From an uncultured Candidatus Saccharibacteria bacterium (lineage in GTDB: Bacteria; Patescibacteriota; Minisyncoccia; Phycocordibacterales; UBA2100), in contig CAZUVH010000003.1 of NCBI GenBank assembly GCA_964623775.1, forward strand, positions 5,739-69,738: a stretch of 64,000 bases of DNA, given 5' to 3'. The notes under the pieces were generated by a model. It was not told where the DNA came from, did not search any database, and was given only the letters and a program-made list of their open reading frames with translations. This document shows positions 47,479 to 56,472 of this stretch, piece after piece. The position numbers and the translations under genes were made by a program. Position 1 is the stretch's first letter. Every line of letters starts with the position of its first letter.

Positions 47479-47597
47479 CCTCGACCGAGCGTGCCGCATA
47501 CTCTCTCCGAAACCGGAATTTTCTGCTAAAAATTCCTCAGTCCTCGGGCCAAGCCCTGCGGGGATTCTCCGAGAGCGCGCGGCACCCTCGGTCGAGG
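47479..47597. other. GC-rich long-stem structured element (possible ncRNA or MITE)
   Basis: cctcgaccgag/ctcggtcgagg, gtgccgc/gcggcac, ctctc/gagag nested stems with internal ggaatttt/aaaattcc hairpin. Confidence 0.55.
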
Positions 47598-47701
47598 GTT
47601 TGGAGGAAGAAGCTGAGAAGTGCAAATACGCGTTCATTAGTTCAGCCACCTCATGAAGATCTTCATTGAAATCCACGAGGCCTCTTGTAGAATGCCCGCG
47701 C

Positions 47702-48250
47702 ATGTCTGTCGTTAACCGTCCCACGATCAAGGGAGCATACATCCTCAGCCATATACAGGCTCTTCTCGATGAGCGTGGCGGCGGGGCAGTCGAGGAATTG
47801 AGAAAGCGATATGGTAAGTCTCTCGACTTCAAAAGCGACGAATACGTACCTGTTAGAACAGAAGTGGAAGTATTGGAACATATCGTCGATATTTCCACAC
47901 CGAAAAAACTCTCTCCGGATGAGCGCGCACTCCTTGCGGGGCGGCTCGCTTTTAAGAATTTCACCTCCTCGCTGCTGTGGAGAGCACTCATGCCGCTTGT
48001 CCACACGAATCCCAAGGCAGCGCTCATGCGCGCTCATCACATTGCGAGCCAGGTTTTTCAAGGTGTTGTTTTTACACCCGAGGATGCGGGTGTATCGACG
48101 GTGAATATGAAGCTTGAGAACAACGATTATCCGCTCGCGTATTTCCAAGGATTCTTTGAGGAAGGGCTCGTGGTCGCGCATCTGACTGGTGCAGTAGAAG
48201 CCGATACAGACTCCCGCGGGGCCTACGTGTACACCATCACCTGGAAATAA
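47702..48250 (+). CDS. DUF2378-like (HNOB/V4R-fold-like) protein
   Basis: IKG.Y, YVP, AGRLAFKNFTSSLLWRAL, YFQGFFEEGL, C-terminal ITW; TAGAAT 8 nt before ATG. Confidence 0.65.
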   Translation: MSVVNRPTIKGAYILSHIQALLDERGGGAVEELRKRYGKSLDFKSDEYVPVRTEVEVLEHIVDISTPKKLSPDERALLAGRLAFKNFTSSLLWRALMPLVHTNPKAALMRAHHIASQVFQGVVFTPEDAGVSTVNMKLENNDYPLAYFQGFFEEGLVVAHLTGAVEADTDSRGAYVYTITWK

Positions 48251-48254
48251 TCAC

Positions 48255-48683
48255 TTACGCCCAAAATCCGAGGACGATTCCCATCGCAAGGAGCAAGACG
48301 AGATAGTAGCTCGCGTTGATGACCCAGAGCATCCAGGGCTTGCCGTCCCACAAGACGGTACCGATCGTCACTGGTGCAATAAATCCGAGCCAGCTCCAAA
48401 ACGCCGCTTGTAAACCAGCAGAGACACCGGTCACATTGAGGAACGCGCCGGCAAATACGATCGAGTGCGCGAGTACGTACGCCATGACGAGTGCACCGAC
48501 GAAGGTGATCGCATATGCGGGGCGCGCCTTTTTCTGCATCTCGGCCATTTTTTCAGGCGTCATAGGGCCCCATCCCATTAATTCTGACCACTTTTTCCCA
48601 AAAAGCGGACCGTACCAGAGAAATCCGATAACCATCGCGACGATAGCGGAAAGCAATACTGCCAAATAATTAATTGGAACCAT
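48255..48683 (-). CDS. DUF1761 family membrane protein
   Basis: INYLAVL, GFLWYGPLFGKKW, WLGF, INASY. Confidence 0.88.
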   Translation of the reverse strand: MVPINYLAVLLSAIVAMVIGFLWYGPLFGKKWSELMGWGPMTPEKMAEMQKKARPAYAITFVGALVMAYVLAHSIVFAGAFLNVTGVSAGLQAAFWSWLGFIAPVTIGTVLWDGKPWMLWVINASYYLVLLLAMGIVLGFWA

Positions 48684-48793
48684 AAGAGAAGTTTTACCCC
48701 GATAATATGGTAAGGATGTGAGGTATTACATGTATTGTCAATAATGAAAAGAAAAAGGTCCGACGTGCATACGCACACGCCGGACCGATTTTG

Positions 48794-49753
48794 TTAGCAA
48801 CGAACATTGATGCGCCGTACACCTTCGTTCTGGAGGATAATACCAGCTTCGGTATTCATAAGCATTTCAGCACGTGATAGATAGCCAGCTTGTTCCCAAG
48901 TGATCTGGCAATCACCGAAGTCAGCATTAACCTTCTTGAGTCGGCCGTCGTAATCGATCGCGAGATCGGATTTGATGTAGGTCTGCTTCTGATCGTGGTT
49001 CTTGTAGTATGCCTGACCATGCATCATGTCGAGTTCGACTTCGCCTCGCTCAAACCGCACACGACACCACTCGGGGTACACGTGATTCTTCAATCGGCGC
49101 GTGCCGCGGAAGTGGAAAGTGATGCCGTCGTCGCGCTTGCCAGCCACCTCGTAACGATCAAAGCTGTCGTGGAGTTTCCACGCATTGAGCCCCTTGATGC
49201 CAAACAGACAGTTCATGAGATCGATCTCGTGATTGAGATGATCGAGCAGCAGACTGCGCGCATGCTTCCACTCATTGGAAGGGGCGTGATAAGAAAAGTC
49301 GAAATCAAAACTGATCACCTTACCGAAATCAAGAAAGATTCCGGAATGAGCCAGTTCGTGCCTGAGCCATTCGATCGGCCTGTCGTACCTTCGCGGATGG
49401 CACGACGTGAGGACGAGCTTTTTCTTGGCCGCGAGATCGAACGCTGCCTCGAGCATTGCAATATCTTCGCCAGGTACCATGAGCGGCTTTTCGCAGAACA
49501 CGTGTTTGCCGGCATTGAGCGCCAATTCGATCTGCTTGAGATGAAACTGTTCAGGCGAACAGATCATGACAGCCTGGACTTCCTCTTCGGCGAGCATTTC
49601 CTCGAGCGTGTTCCACTTGAGAGCACTGGGAAAGTTCTCCAGCACGGTCTTGTCGGGGTCCCATGCGCTATGGGCAAAGAGGTGACCGTCGAGATTGTCG
49701 ACATGATGCCTCGCGTGTCTGCCGCAGCCAATGATTCCGAGGGGGATCGGCAT
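48794..49753 (-). CDS. Gfo/Idh/MocA family oxidoreductase
   Basis: GIIGCG, AGKHVFCEKP, LLDHLNHEID. Confidence 0.88.
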   Translation of the reverse strand: MPIPLGIIGCGRHARHHVDNLDGHLFAHSAWDPDKTVLENFPSALKWNTLEEMLAEEEVQAVMICSPEQFHLKQIELALNAGKHVFCEKPLMVPGEDIAMLEAAFDLAAKKKLVLTSCHPRRYDRPIEWLRHELAHSGIFLDFGKVISFDFDFSYHAPSNEWKHARSLLLDHLNHEIDLMNCLFGIKGLNAWKLHDSFDRYEVAGKRDDGITFHFRGTRRLKNHVYPEWCRVRFERGEVELDMMHGQAYYKNHDQKQTYIKSDLAIDYDGRLKKVNADFGDCQITWEQAGYLSRAEMLMNTEAGIILQNEGVRRINVRC

Positions 49754-49941
49754 CTCGCATCCTTTCGATGAGTGTCAGTGCTGTATAAACCGATGAGATT
49801 TTACATCAAAAACACATTATGTCAATAGTGGATATCGGGTAGCGTCCACCTGTACGGGTGTCATACTTGCGGGGTAAGCAAAAAGCTTCCTGCAAAGGCA
49901 GGGGTCGAAATTAAAAGAAATAATCAATCAATGTTTTTATT

Positions 49942-50184
49942 ATGAAATGGATGCATATGGTTACCTGGATACTCGTCATAGTGGGCGGCGTCAATTGGGG
50001 ACTCGTGGGCTTGGGCGCCTTCATGATGAAAGACTGGAATCTCGTTCACATGATCTTGGGCTCAATGCCGCAGGTCGAGTGGGCAGTCTACGTGCTCGTC
50101 GGTCTCGCAGCAGTCTACGAGATCGTCATGCACAAGAAGATCTGCAAGGATTGCGGCGTTTCCGCAGCTCCTTCGACGATGTAG
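49942..50184 (+). CDS. DUF378 family small membrane protein
   Basis: LVIVGGVNWGLVG, VYVLVGLAA. Confidence 0.88.
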   Translation: MKWMHMVTWILVIVGGVNWGLVGLGAFMMKDWNLVHMILGSMPQVEWAVYVLVGLAAVYEIVMHKKICKDCGVSAAPSTM

Positions 50185-50204
50185 TGCGATTTGTAGAAAG
50201 AAGG

Positions 50205-50230
50205 CAAAACCGCCCGAAAGGGCGGTTTTG
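50205..50230 (+). terminator. Intrinsic terminator
   Basis: caaaaccgccc-gaaa-gggcggttttg. Confidence 0.8.
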
Positions 50231-50261
50231 TGTACCTACACCCGCTCTTCACGAGGTGTGG

Positions 50262-50370
50262 TACACCATGACACCAATAGAGTCGGATTTGGATGTCTGG
50301 ATGCGCGTCACAACTATTTGCACGTTTTCCAGTCTATCTCGAATTCGACAGCTATTGGTGTGATGGTACA
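50262..50370. repeat. Inverted-repeat element B (same arms as element A, 71-nt interior)
   Basis: tacaccatgacaccaatag ... ctattggtgtgatggtaca. Confidence 0.8.
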
Positions 50371-50408
50371 CTCTTTTTCTATAATCAATCTTTTAAATCA
50401 CTCATCGT

Positions 50409-50906
50409 ATGAAAACACTTATTTGGATCACAGTTGCACTTATTATCCTCGCGGGAGCGTGGTGGTATTTTGGAATGTCGGTCGCGACAGCACCAATACC
50501 GACACCCACGACTGACACTGTTTCACCGAACCCCGCTACGACAACCGACAACGCGACGACTACAGGCACAACTACAGATACTGGCGCCAGTGCCGCGCCC
50601 ATGAGCGTTACGGTCGTGTACGGTTCGCAGGGTTTTACCCCGGCGACGGTCACGATCGCGAAGGGCGGCTCAGTCAAATGGGTCAATGAGAGCGGTTCGT
50701 CGATGTGGGTAGCAACTGATGAGCACCCCTCGCACATCGTGTACGCCGGCACTACGCGTCAGCAGCACTGTCCTGATGCAAGCGGCGAGGCTTTCGATCA
50801 GTGCGCGCCGGGCAATGACTACTCGTTTACCTTCAGCAAGACGGGGTTATGGCAGTATCATGATCACATGAACGCTGCTCGTGGCGGTACTGTCGTCGTA
50901 CAATAG
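50409..50906 (+). CDS. Membrane-anchored cupredoxin/plastocyanin-fold protein
   Basis: GFTPATVTIAKGGSVKWVN, HPSH, YSFTF.KTG.W.YHDH. Confidence 0.82.
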   Translation: MKTLIWITVALIILAGAWWYFGMSVATAPIPTPTTDTVSPNPATTTDNATTTGTTTDTGASAAPMSVTVVYGSQGFTPATVTIAKGGSVKWVNESGSSMWVATDEHPSHIVYAGTTRQQHCPDASGEAFDQCAPGNDYSFTFSKTGLWQYHDHMNAARGGTVVVQ

Positions 50907-50987
50907 AGCCTTTTTAGAGTTTTTTCGAAAAACATATACACACCGCAATCTTCAGTTTGCCTCGCTGTGCGCTACTATGAATGCAAT

Positions 50988-51897
50988 GCAACGCTTCGGA
51001 AAGGGGCTTATGTTTGTGAGCGCATTCCTATGGATAGTTGCCGGCGCTGTCGTTTTTTCTTCGAATACGTCGGGGGATCCGCCTCGCTTCGCTCATAATG
51101 TCGGCGCACCTGCGCAGGTCGCTGGTGCTGAAGCAGCGCTCACCTATGGCAGTAATTTCACGGCATCCACCGTTGTACAGGCTGTAAATAGCGTGATATC
51201 CGATCGATCTGCTTCCGTGCCATGGGAGGGGCCATACTACGTCGAATATCACGGAGATGCCCCGGTCGTCCAGCAAGAAGTGATAATAGACGAAAAGAAG
51301 CCGTGGTACGTCCAGGTGTTTGGGGGTTTGGGTACGATGGTTCACAATCTCATCCCCGGCAATACCTCGTCTGCATACAGTGTGTCTGCCCCTCAGGCTT
51401 CAAGAGCCGCGAAGCCGATGCCCCCCGCATGCACCATATCGATCATTCCTAATTCCGTACCGTATGGCGGCTCAGCCACTGTCACATGGACATCCCGCAA
51501 CGCCGACCACATTGTTTTCCAGGGAGTAGGCGAAGTGGCTCCGAGTGGCTCGCTTCCGGTCACGAAGATTACATCAACACGCGCACTCGCACTCGCCGTC
51601 GTTGGCGTGGGTGGTCTGAGTAGTTCATGCTACACCGTCGTCAACGTGGAGCCGGTGATTGTCGAGCAACCCTCATGTGTTATCTCTGCGCTCCCAGCTA
51701 CGATCCACGAAGGAGAGGTAATAAAGCTCTCGTGGGGTTCACAGAATGCCGCACAAGCCCTACTTGAAGGGCAAGGCATAGTATCGACGATGGGCGGCAT
51801 GGAGCTTACGCCGTCGAAGACCACAACTTACGTCCTCAATGTGGATTCTGAATTCGGCGATACCTTCACCTGCGAGACGACGGTCACGGTCGAGTAA
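50988..51897 (+). CDS. Secreted protein with two Cys-bracketed Ig-like repeats
   Basis: N-terminal TM; CTISIIP...WTSRNA and CVISALP...WGSQNA; TACTAT 7 nt before ATG. Confidence 0.7.
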
Positions 51898-52145
51898 CAC
51901 ATCTCAGCACTCCTGTACCAACTAGTTTCTATTTTAAGGCTGTAATTAAGGTTTTTTTAGGTTTTGGAAAAAACCGCTTATTTTTTTTGCTTTTTTTACG
52001 CACAATAAAGCATTACTGAGTAGAGATGGGGGATTTGAGGGGTTTTGGGGCCGCTATGAGTTGTCCACCATGGCAATAGCGTGAATGCAGAGGGTAGGGT
52101 AGAGTGTAGGGACTATAAGAATTAAATAAGTAAACCAATTTACGT

Positions 52146-52403
52146 ATGGTACGAAAAATGAATCCTGCATTGCTCAAGCCCCTCAACCTCTCGGCAGATC
52201 TCGAGGCCGTTGTGGGCAAGGGTCCGAAGCCTCGCTCTGAGGTAGTGAAGGGTCTCTGGGCATATATCAAGAAGAACGATCTCCAGAATCCGAAGAACAA
52301 GCGCAATATCTTGGCTGACGACAAGCTCGTGAAGGTATTCGGGGGCAAGAAGGAAGTCAACATGTTCGAGATGACGAAGCTCGTCTCGGCACACATGAAA
52401 TAA
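52146..52403 (+). CDS. SWIB/MDM2 domain protein
   Basis: LSADLEAVVG...PRSEVVKGLWAYIKKNDLQNPKNKRNILADDKL...MFEMTKLVSAH. Confidence 0.93.
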   Translation: MVRKMNPALLKPLNLSADLEAVVGKGPKPRSEVVKGLWAYIKKNDLQNPKNKRNILADDKLVKVFGGKKEVNMFEMTKLVSAHMK

Positions 52404-52417
52404 TCTTTCCGAAATAA

Positions 52418-52458
52418 AAACCAAGAGGCCGCCCCCACAAGGGGCGGCCTCTTGGTTT
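52418..52458. terminator. Bidirectional terminator
   Basis: aaaccaagaggccgcccc/ggggcggcctcttggttt 18-bp stem. Confidence 0.8.
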
Positions 52459-52467
52459 GGGCACTGA

Positions 52468-53301
52468 TCAAACGGTGAGGAGCGCGATTCCTATCGCTAC
52501 GAGGACAAAGAGGGTTGCCTTGAGTGCGAATTGTCTCTCATGGAAGTAGAAGCGACCCGAAATAACGGAAAAGAGAACTGAAAAGGCACGAAGAGCGGCG
52601 GTAATGACCGACGCGGGAGCAAAGAGGAGCGCATATGCACCGGATATGCTCGCAAGTCCCATCGAAGCACTTTGGAGGACAAACACAGGTCTGGCGAGGA
52701 AGGAAAATGGATTCTCTTTGGCGACAAAGACAGCGAGGAGGATGAAGTAAAGCAGCAGTACGACAGTGACTATACCTTGCTCCGTCTCGACGGCATTGAA
52801 ATGCGTGATGTTGTATTTGTAGAGGGAGATCGTCGCCACCGCATTAATAGCAGATGCAAAAAGGAGCCATCGTGCCTTGGTGTGAAAATGCTCGAAATAA
52901 AGAAGGATGATTATTGCGGCGAAGATAAGTGCCATCCCCATAATCTGGAGCGGAAAGATCACATACCCAAGCGCAAGATCAACGAAGAGAAGAAGAGGTA
53001 CGGTGACACTGCGTATGAGTCCGAAATCGCCGCGATCCGATTTCACAAGGGCCTTGATGGAGATGTGGGCCTGGAAGATTTCGAGACAAAGGCGTGGCAA
53101 AAACGTGGGTAGCGATGCGAGCGAAAACACAAAACTTTGCTTGTAGATGCTTATTGCAGCAAAGAAAATAACTGAGGAGAGCAAACTGAGGACCCCAAGG
53201 GTGTAATAGCTCTCGGCGCGCTTACGCACTTCGTATTTTCCGATCGATTCCGACAATTCAGCGAGTCCACTCGCGACTGCCGCAAGAATAATGCCAAACA
53301 T
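52468..53301 (-). CDS. DMT/EamA-like multi-pass membrane protein
   Basis: About 10 TM helices in two halves; G.FYFHE. Confidence 0.7.
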   Translation of the reverse strand: MFGIILAAVASGLAELSESIGKYEVRKRAESYYTLGVLSLLSSVIFFAAISIYKQSFVFSLASLPTFLPRLCLEIFQAHISIKALVKSDRGDFGLIRSVTVPLLLFVDLALGYVIFPLQIMGMALIFAAIIILLYFEHFHTKARWLLFASAINAVATISLYKYNITHFNAVETEQGIVTVVLLLYFILLAVFVAKENPFSFLARPVFVLQSASMGLASISGAYALLFAPASVITAALRAFSVLFSVISGRFYFHERQFALKATLFVLVAIGIALLTV

Positions 53302-53353
53302 TCCTTCATCGTAGCAAACAAAAAGCCCGCCGAGGCGGGCTTGAGTAAAAAGA

Positions 53354-53977
53354 TTACAATTGAAGGAACTTCTCCGCGGCCTCGACGGCTGTTTGGAAGT
53401 CGTCCTCATTCTCTAGATAGACGGGATTATTCCGGACAATGTTGAGCCAGTCGCGGACGTCATACTGCGCCGTGAAGTCCTTACGGTACCTCATCGTCAT
53501 TTGAATCTGATGGAGGCGCGCATTCAGTACAATTCGCGAGGCACGAGCCCTATCGGATTCTGATGTTGTTGATGCGTTCGCGATGTCCTCGGCCTTAGCG
53601 GCGACGCCACCTGAATTTCCGAGGGCGATCTCCCATTTGCCGAGCTCCGGCAGGATAAGACCGGCGATGTTCATCTCGGCAAAAAGTCTGCCGAGTGGAT
53701 CACCTGCTTTGTCCGCTTCTTCCGCCGACCGTTCAGCAAGTTGCTGGGAATCCTCGAGATGTTCAGTGCGCGCCGCACCTTCGTTTTCCATCGCGATCTG
53801 GTACTTTCCCATGTGGTATTCGTACGAAATCTTACTGCGCACTCCCCATGTCTTTTTTGATCCATCGTCAGGAAGTATCTGGCGGAGAAGACCATCGAGC
53901 GGAATCATTATTCCATACTGCTTCGCACGGCGCGCCGATTCGAATGCAGCGAGTAGGTCGTTGATAAGCTTGTCCAT
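53354..53977 (-). CDS. Helical hypothetical protein
   Basis: 207 aa, GGGAG SD, hairpin 53323-53342 downstream. Confidence 0.65.
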   Translation of the reverse strand: MDKLINDLLAAFESARRAKQYGIMIPLDGLLRQILPDDGSKKTWGVRSKISYEYHMGKYQIAMENEGAARTEHLEDSQQLAERSAEEADKAGDPLGRLFAEMNIAGLILPELGKWEIALGNSGGVAAKAEDIANASTTSESDRARASRIVLNARLHQIQMTMRYRKDFTAQYDVRDWLNIVRNNPVYLENEDDFQTAVEAAEKFLQL

Positions 53978-54059
53978 TTACCACTCCCAGGCAGGGTTAA
54001 TTATCGTCCGGGCAGTATTTAATCACAAAAACGAGAAAAATCAAGTAAAACTGTAAAAC

Positions 54060-54839
54060 TTAGAGCTGCAGCGTTGTACCGACCGCGAGATGGTCTGAGA
54101 CGCGGTGGGGGAAAGTGCGGTAGTCGCTCATCGTGAGGTGCGGTGAAGTCATGATCCAATCGATACGGCGTGTCGGGCGGATTGCCGGGAAGGTGTGGAG
54201 GCTCCTGTCGCTCTCACCGAATTTATGAGTGGAGACGCCGAGCTTGGACATGAGAGATTTGATGTGTGGGGAGCGCATCGATCCATTGAGATCGCCACCG
54301 ATAACGAGAGGACCTTTTTCTTTGAGTGAATGGGAGAGCTGCTCGATCTGTACGTGGCGCGATCGTGTTTTCAATATATCGAACGAGACAAGGTGTACAG
54401 ATGCCACGGTGAGCGTGACACCCGGAGACACCGTGAGCGTCGCACTCAAGAAGCCTTTGCGCGGCGTGGGGAATGAGAGCTCGAATTTTACATTCTCCAC
54501 ATCGGTCATTGGATAGCGCGAGATGATGCCGCAGCCAGCGGAATAGATCAGCCGGTCGCGACGGTGGAGTTCGCTCGAGGCGCCATATGCCGAGTACTGA
54601 TGGCCGATCTTGGATTGGATATAGGAGAGCTGATCAATCTTGCGTGTGAGTGGGGAGGTGCGATCGACTTCCTGTAAGAGCACGACGTCGGCATCGTATG
54701 AGCCAATGAGGTCTACTATTCTGTCGAGATTTTCTATCGCCATTCTTTCGGGGATATAGACGCGGGGGAGCGTATGGCCCGCATTCCACCCGTGTTGGAT
54801 GTTGAGAGAGATGATACGCACATCTTCCTTCGGGCGCAT
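54060..54839 (-). CDS. Endonuclease/exonuclease/phosphatase family protein
   Basis: SLNIQHG, LLQEVD, SVHL, GGDLN, RIDWI, SDHL. Confidence 0.92.
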   Translation of the reverse strand: MRPKEDVRIISLNIQHGWNAGHTLPRVYIPERMAIENLDRIVDLIGSYDADVVLLQEVDRTSPLTRKIDQLSYIQSKIGHQYSAYGASSELHRRDRLIYSAGCGIISRYPMTDVENVKFELSFPTPRKGFLSATLTVSPGVTLTVASVHLVSFDILKTRSRHVQIEQLSHSLKEKGPLVIGGDLNGSMRSPHIKSLMSKLGVSTHKFGESDRSLHTFPAIRPTRRIDWIMTSPHLTMSDYRTFPHRVSDHLAVGTTLQL

Positions 54840-54949
54840 GTGTGCAGTATACCGTGCGAGAAGTGTGGAGATGAAGAAGGCGCTTGCATAGAATGCTCTA
54901 CAGTGCTGTACTAGCTACAGTTTCATAAGGCTTCAGAGAGGAGGGTGTC

Positions 54950-55606
54950 GTGCAGAGTGTTTTTGTATACGCAGTAGCAGCGATTCTGCTCCTCGTGACG
55001 CCCTTTACGGCGTCTGCGCAAGGGCAATCGCGATCAGAGCTCGTGACGGGCGACACTGTTCCTGCCCTCGGTGGCTGGAATGTCTATTGTCGGGATTATG
55101 TGTATATGTGCGCAGTTGAGCGTACGGGCAAAGCGGTCGTTGCTCTGACTGAAGAGTCTCGGCGCGTGATCGAAGATGTGAACAACGAGGTCAACGCACG
55201 TATCCACTATTTGCCCGACATTGATCATTGGGGCAGCGATATTCGCCGATATGTCTATTCCAACGGCGACACCGACAAGTGGGATCACGCAGAAGATGGG
55301 TACGGGGATTGCGAAGATTTCGCGCTGCTGAAACAAAAGTTGTTGATCGAGAAAGGTTTCCCGCGATCGGCAGTCTTGTTGACCCGAGTCGAAGGCGAGC
55401 AGCCCGACGCGACGGGCATCGGACACTTGATCCTTATGGTGAGAACAGACCAAGGGGATTTTCTTTTGGACGACGCAACAATGAAAAGGCCGCTCTTTCG
55501 TTGGTGGGAAAGCTCTTATAGATTCCTGTCACGGCAGTCAGAGGAGCACCCCAATGTGTGGGTCGCGCTCCATAAGCCGGCGCTCATAAGCGAGCAGAAC
55601 AACTGA
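54950..55606 (+). CDS. Transglutaminase-like cysteine peptidase (BTLCP/LapG-like, C93), copy 1
   Basis: Signal peptide; VNNEVN, GDCEDFALLK, HLIL.VRTD.GDFLLD. Confidence 0.9.
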   Translation: MQSVFVYAVAAILLLVTPFTASAQGQSRSELVTGDTVPALGGWNVYCRDYVYMCAVERTGKAVVALTEESRRVIEDVNNEVNARIHYLPDIDHWGSDIRRYVYSNGDTDKWDHAEDGYGDCEDFALLKQKLLIEKGFPRSAVLLTRVEGEQPDATGIGHLILMVRTDQGDFLLDDATMKRPLFRWWESSYRFLSRQSEEHPNVWVALHKPALISEQNN

Positions 55607-55688
55607 TCCCGCCCTTTCTACGGAAAGAGCGGGATTTTCTTTTGGATAATTACATCTTCATACGGATGTGAGACACTTATTCGGGAAC

Positions 55689-55716
55689 TTGCAAATTATA
55701 CTGTATGTGGTATAAT
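55689..55716 (+). promoter_or_regulatory. Sigma70 promoter with inverted repeat over -10
   Basis: TTGCAA-N16-TATAAT; ATTATAC-N8-GTATAAT. Confidence 0.6.
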
Positions 55717-55756
55717 ACAAATCTGTTCTTTTCATAGCCAGACATAGGAGGCAGGA

Positions 55757-56389
55757 GTGCGGAAAGTGATCAAGTGTCTTGGGGTGGCATTCGTGCTGCT
55801 CTTCGCGTCGGTCGCTTCTGCGCAGCAGATCCGGCCAAGTCCAGAAATCATAGTCGGCGAAGTCACCACGACACCTGTCGGGTGGAATAGGTTCTGCGTG
55901 GACTACAAGTCCGAGTGCGACGTGCAGCCGATGGAAGATCGGAAGGTGGTCCTCGATGCGAAAGTATGGAGGAATCTGCAGGCCGTCAATACGATGGTCA
56001 ATCGGCAGATCAAGCCAAAGCCCGACCTCGAGCATTGGGGGACGTCTCTCAAGCCGTACGTGTATCGCGGCTTGGTCGAGAAGTGGGACTTTGCCGAGGA
56101 TGGTTACGGCGATTGTGACGAGTATGTCCTCGTCAAACGCCGAGAACTTCTGCGGCAGGGCTGGCCGCGTTCGTCACTTCTCGTGACGGTCGTAAAGAGG
56201 CCCGATGGAGAAATCCATGCGGTCCTCACGGTCCGGACCACCCATGGCGACCTCGTCCTCGACAACATGGCCAATGAAATCAAAGGATGGTGGCAGACGC
56301 CATACGATTACATCAAGAGGCAGTCTGCCGAGGATCCCAACAAATGGCTTGCTCTGCGCAAGCCTGGGGTCATGAGTGTCAGACAATAA
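55757..56389 (+). CDS. Transglutaminase-like cysteine peptidase (BTLCP/LapG-like, C93), copy 2
   Basis: AGGAG SD; GDCDEYVLVKR, HAVLTVRT..GDLVLDN, KRQS.EDP..W. Confidence 0.92.
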   Translation: MRKVIKCLGVAFVLLFASVASAQQIRPSPEIIVGEVTTTPVGWNRFCVDYKSECDVQPMEDRKVVLDAKVWRNLQAVNTMVNRQIKPKPDLEHWGTSLKPYVYRGLVEKWDFAEDGYGDCDEYVLVKRRELLRQGWPRSSLLVTVVKRPDGEIHAVLTVRTTHGDLVLDNMANEIKGWWQTPYDYIKRQSAEDPNKWLALRKPGVMSVRQ

Positions 56390-56472
56390 TTATGAGGCTC
56401 CGCATGCTGCGGAGCCTTTTCTTTTTATCGAAATTTCATCTTGATCACATACATGAACGCTACAGTAGCTTC

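Noticed and set aside
47505-47545. CUGAGGA (minus strand) resembling a hammerhead ribozyme core
   Set aside because: No GAAA after the candidate stem II and no matching stems I and III
54899-54921. CTGTA-N5-TACAG resembling a gammaproteobacterial SOS box
   Set aside because: Spacing is one base short of CTG-N10-CAG
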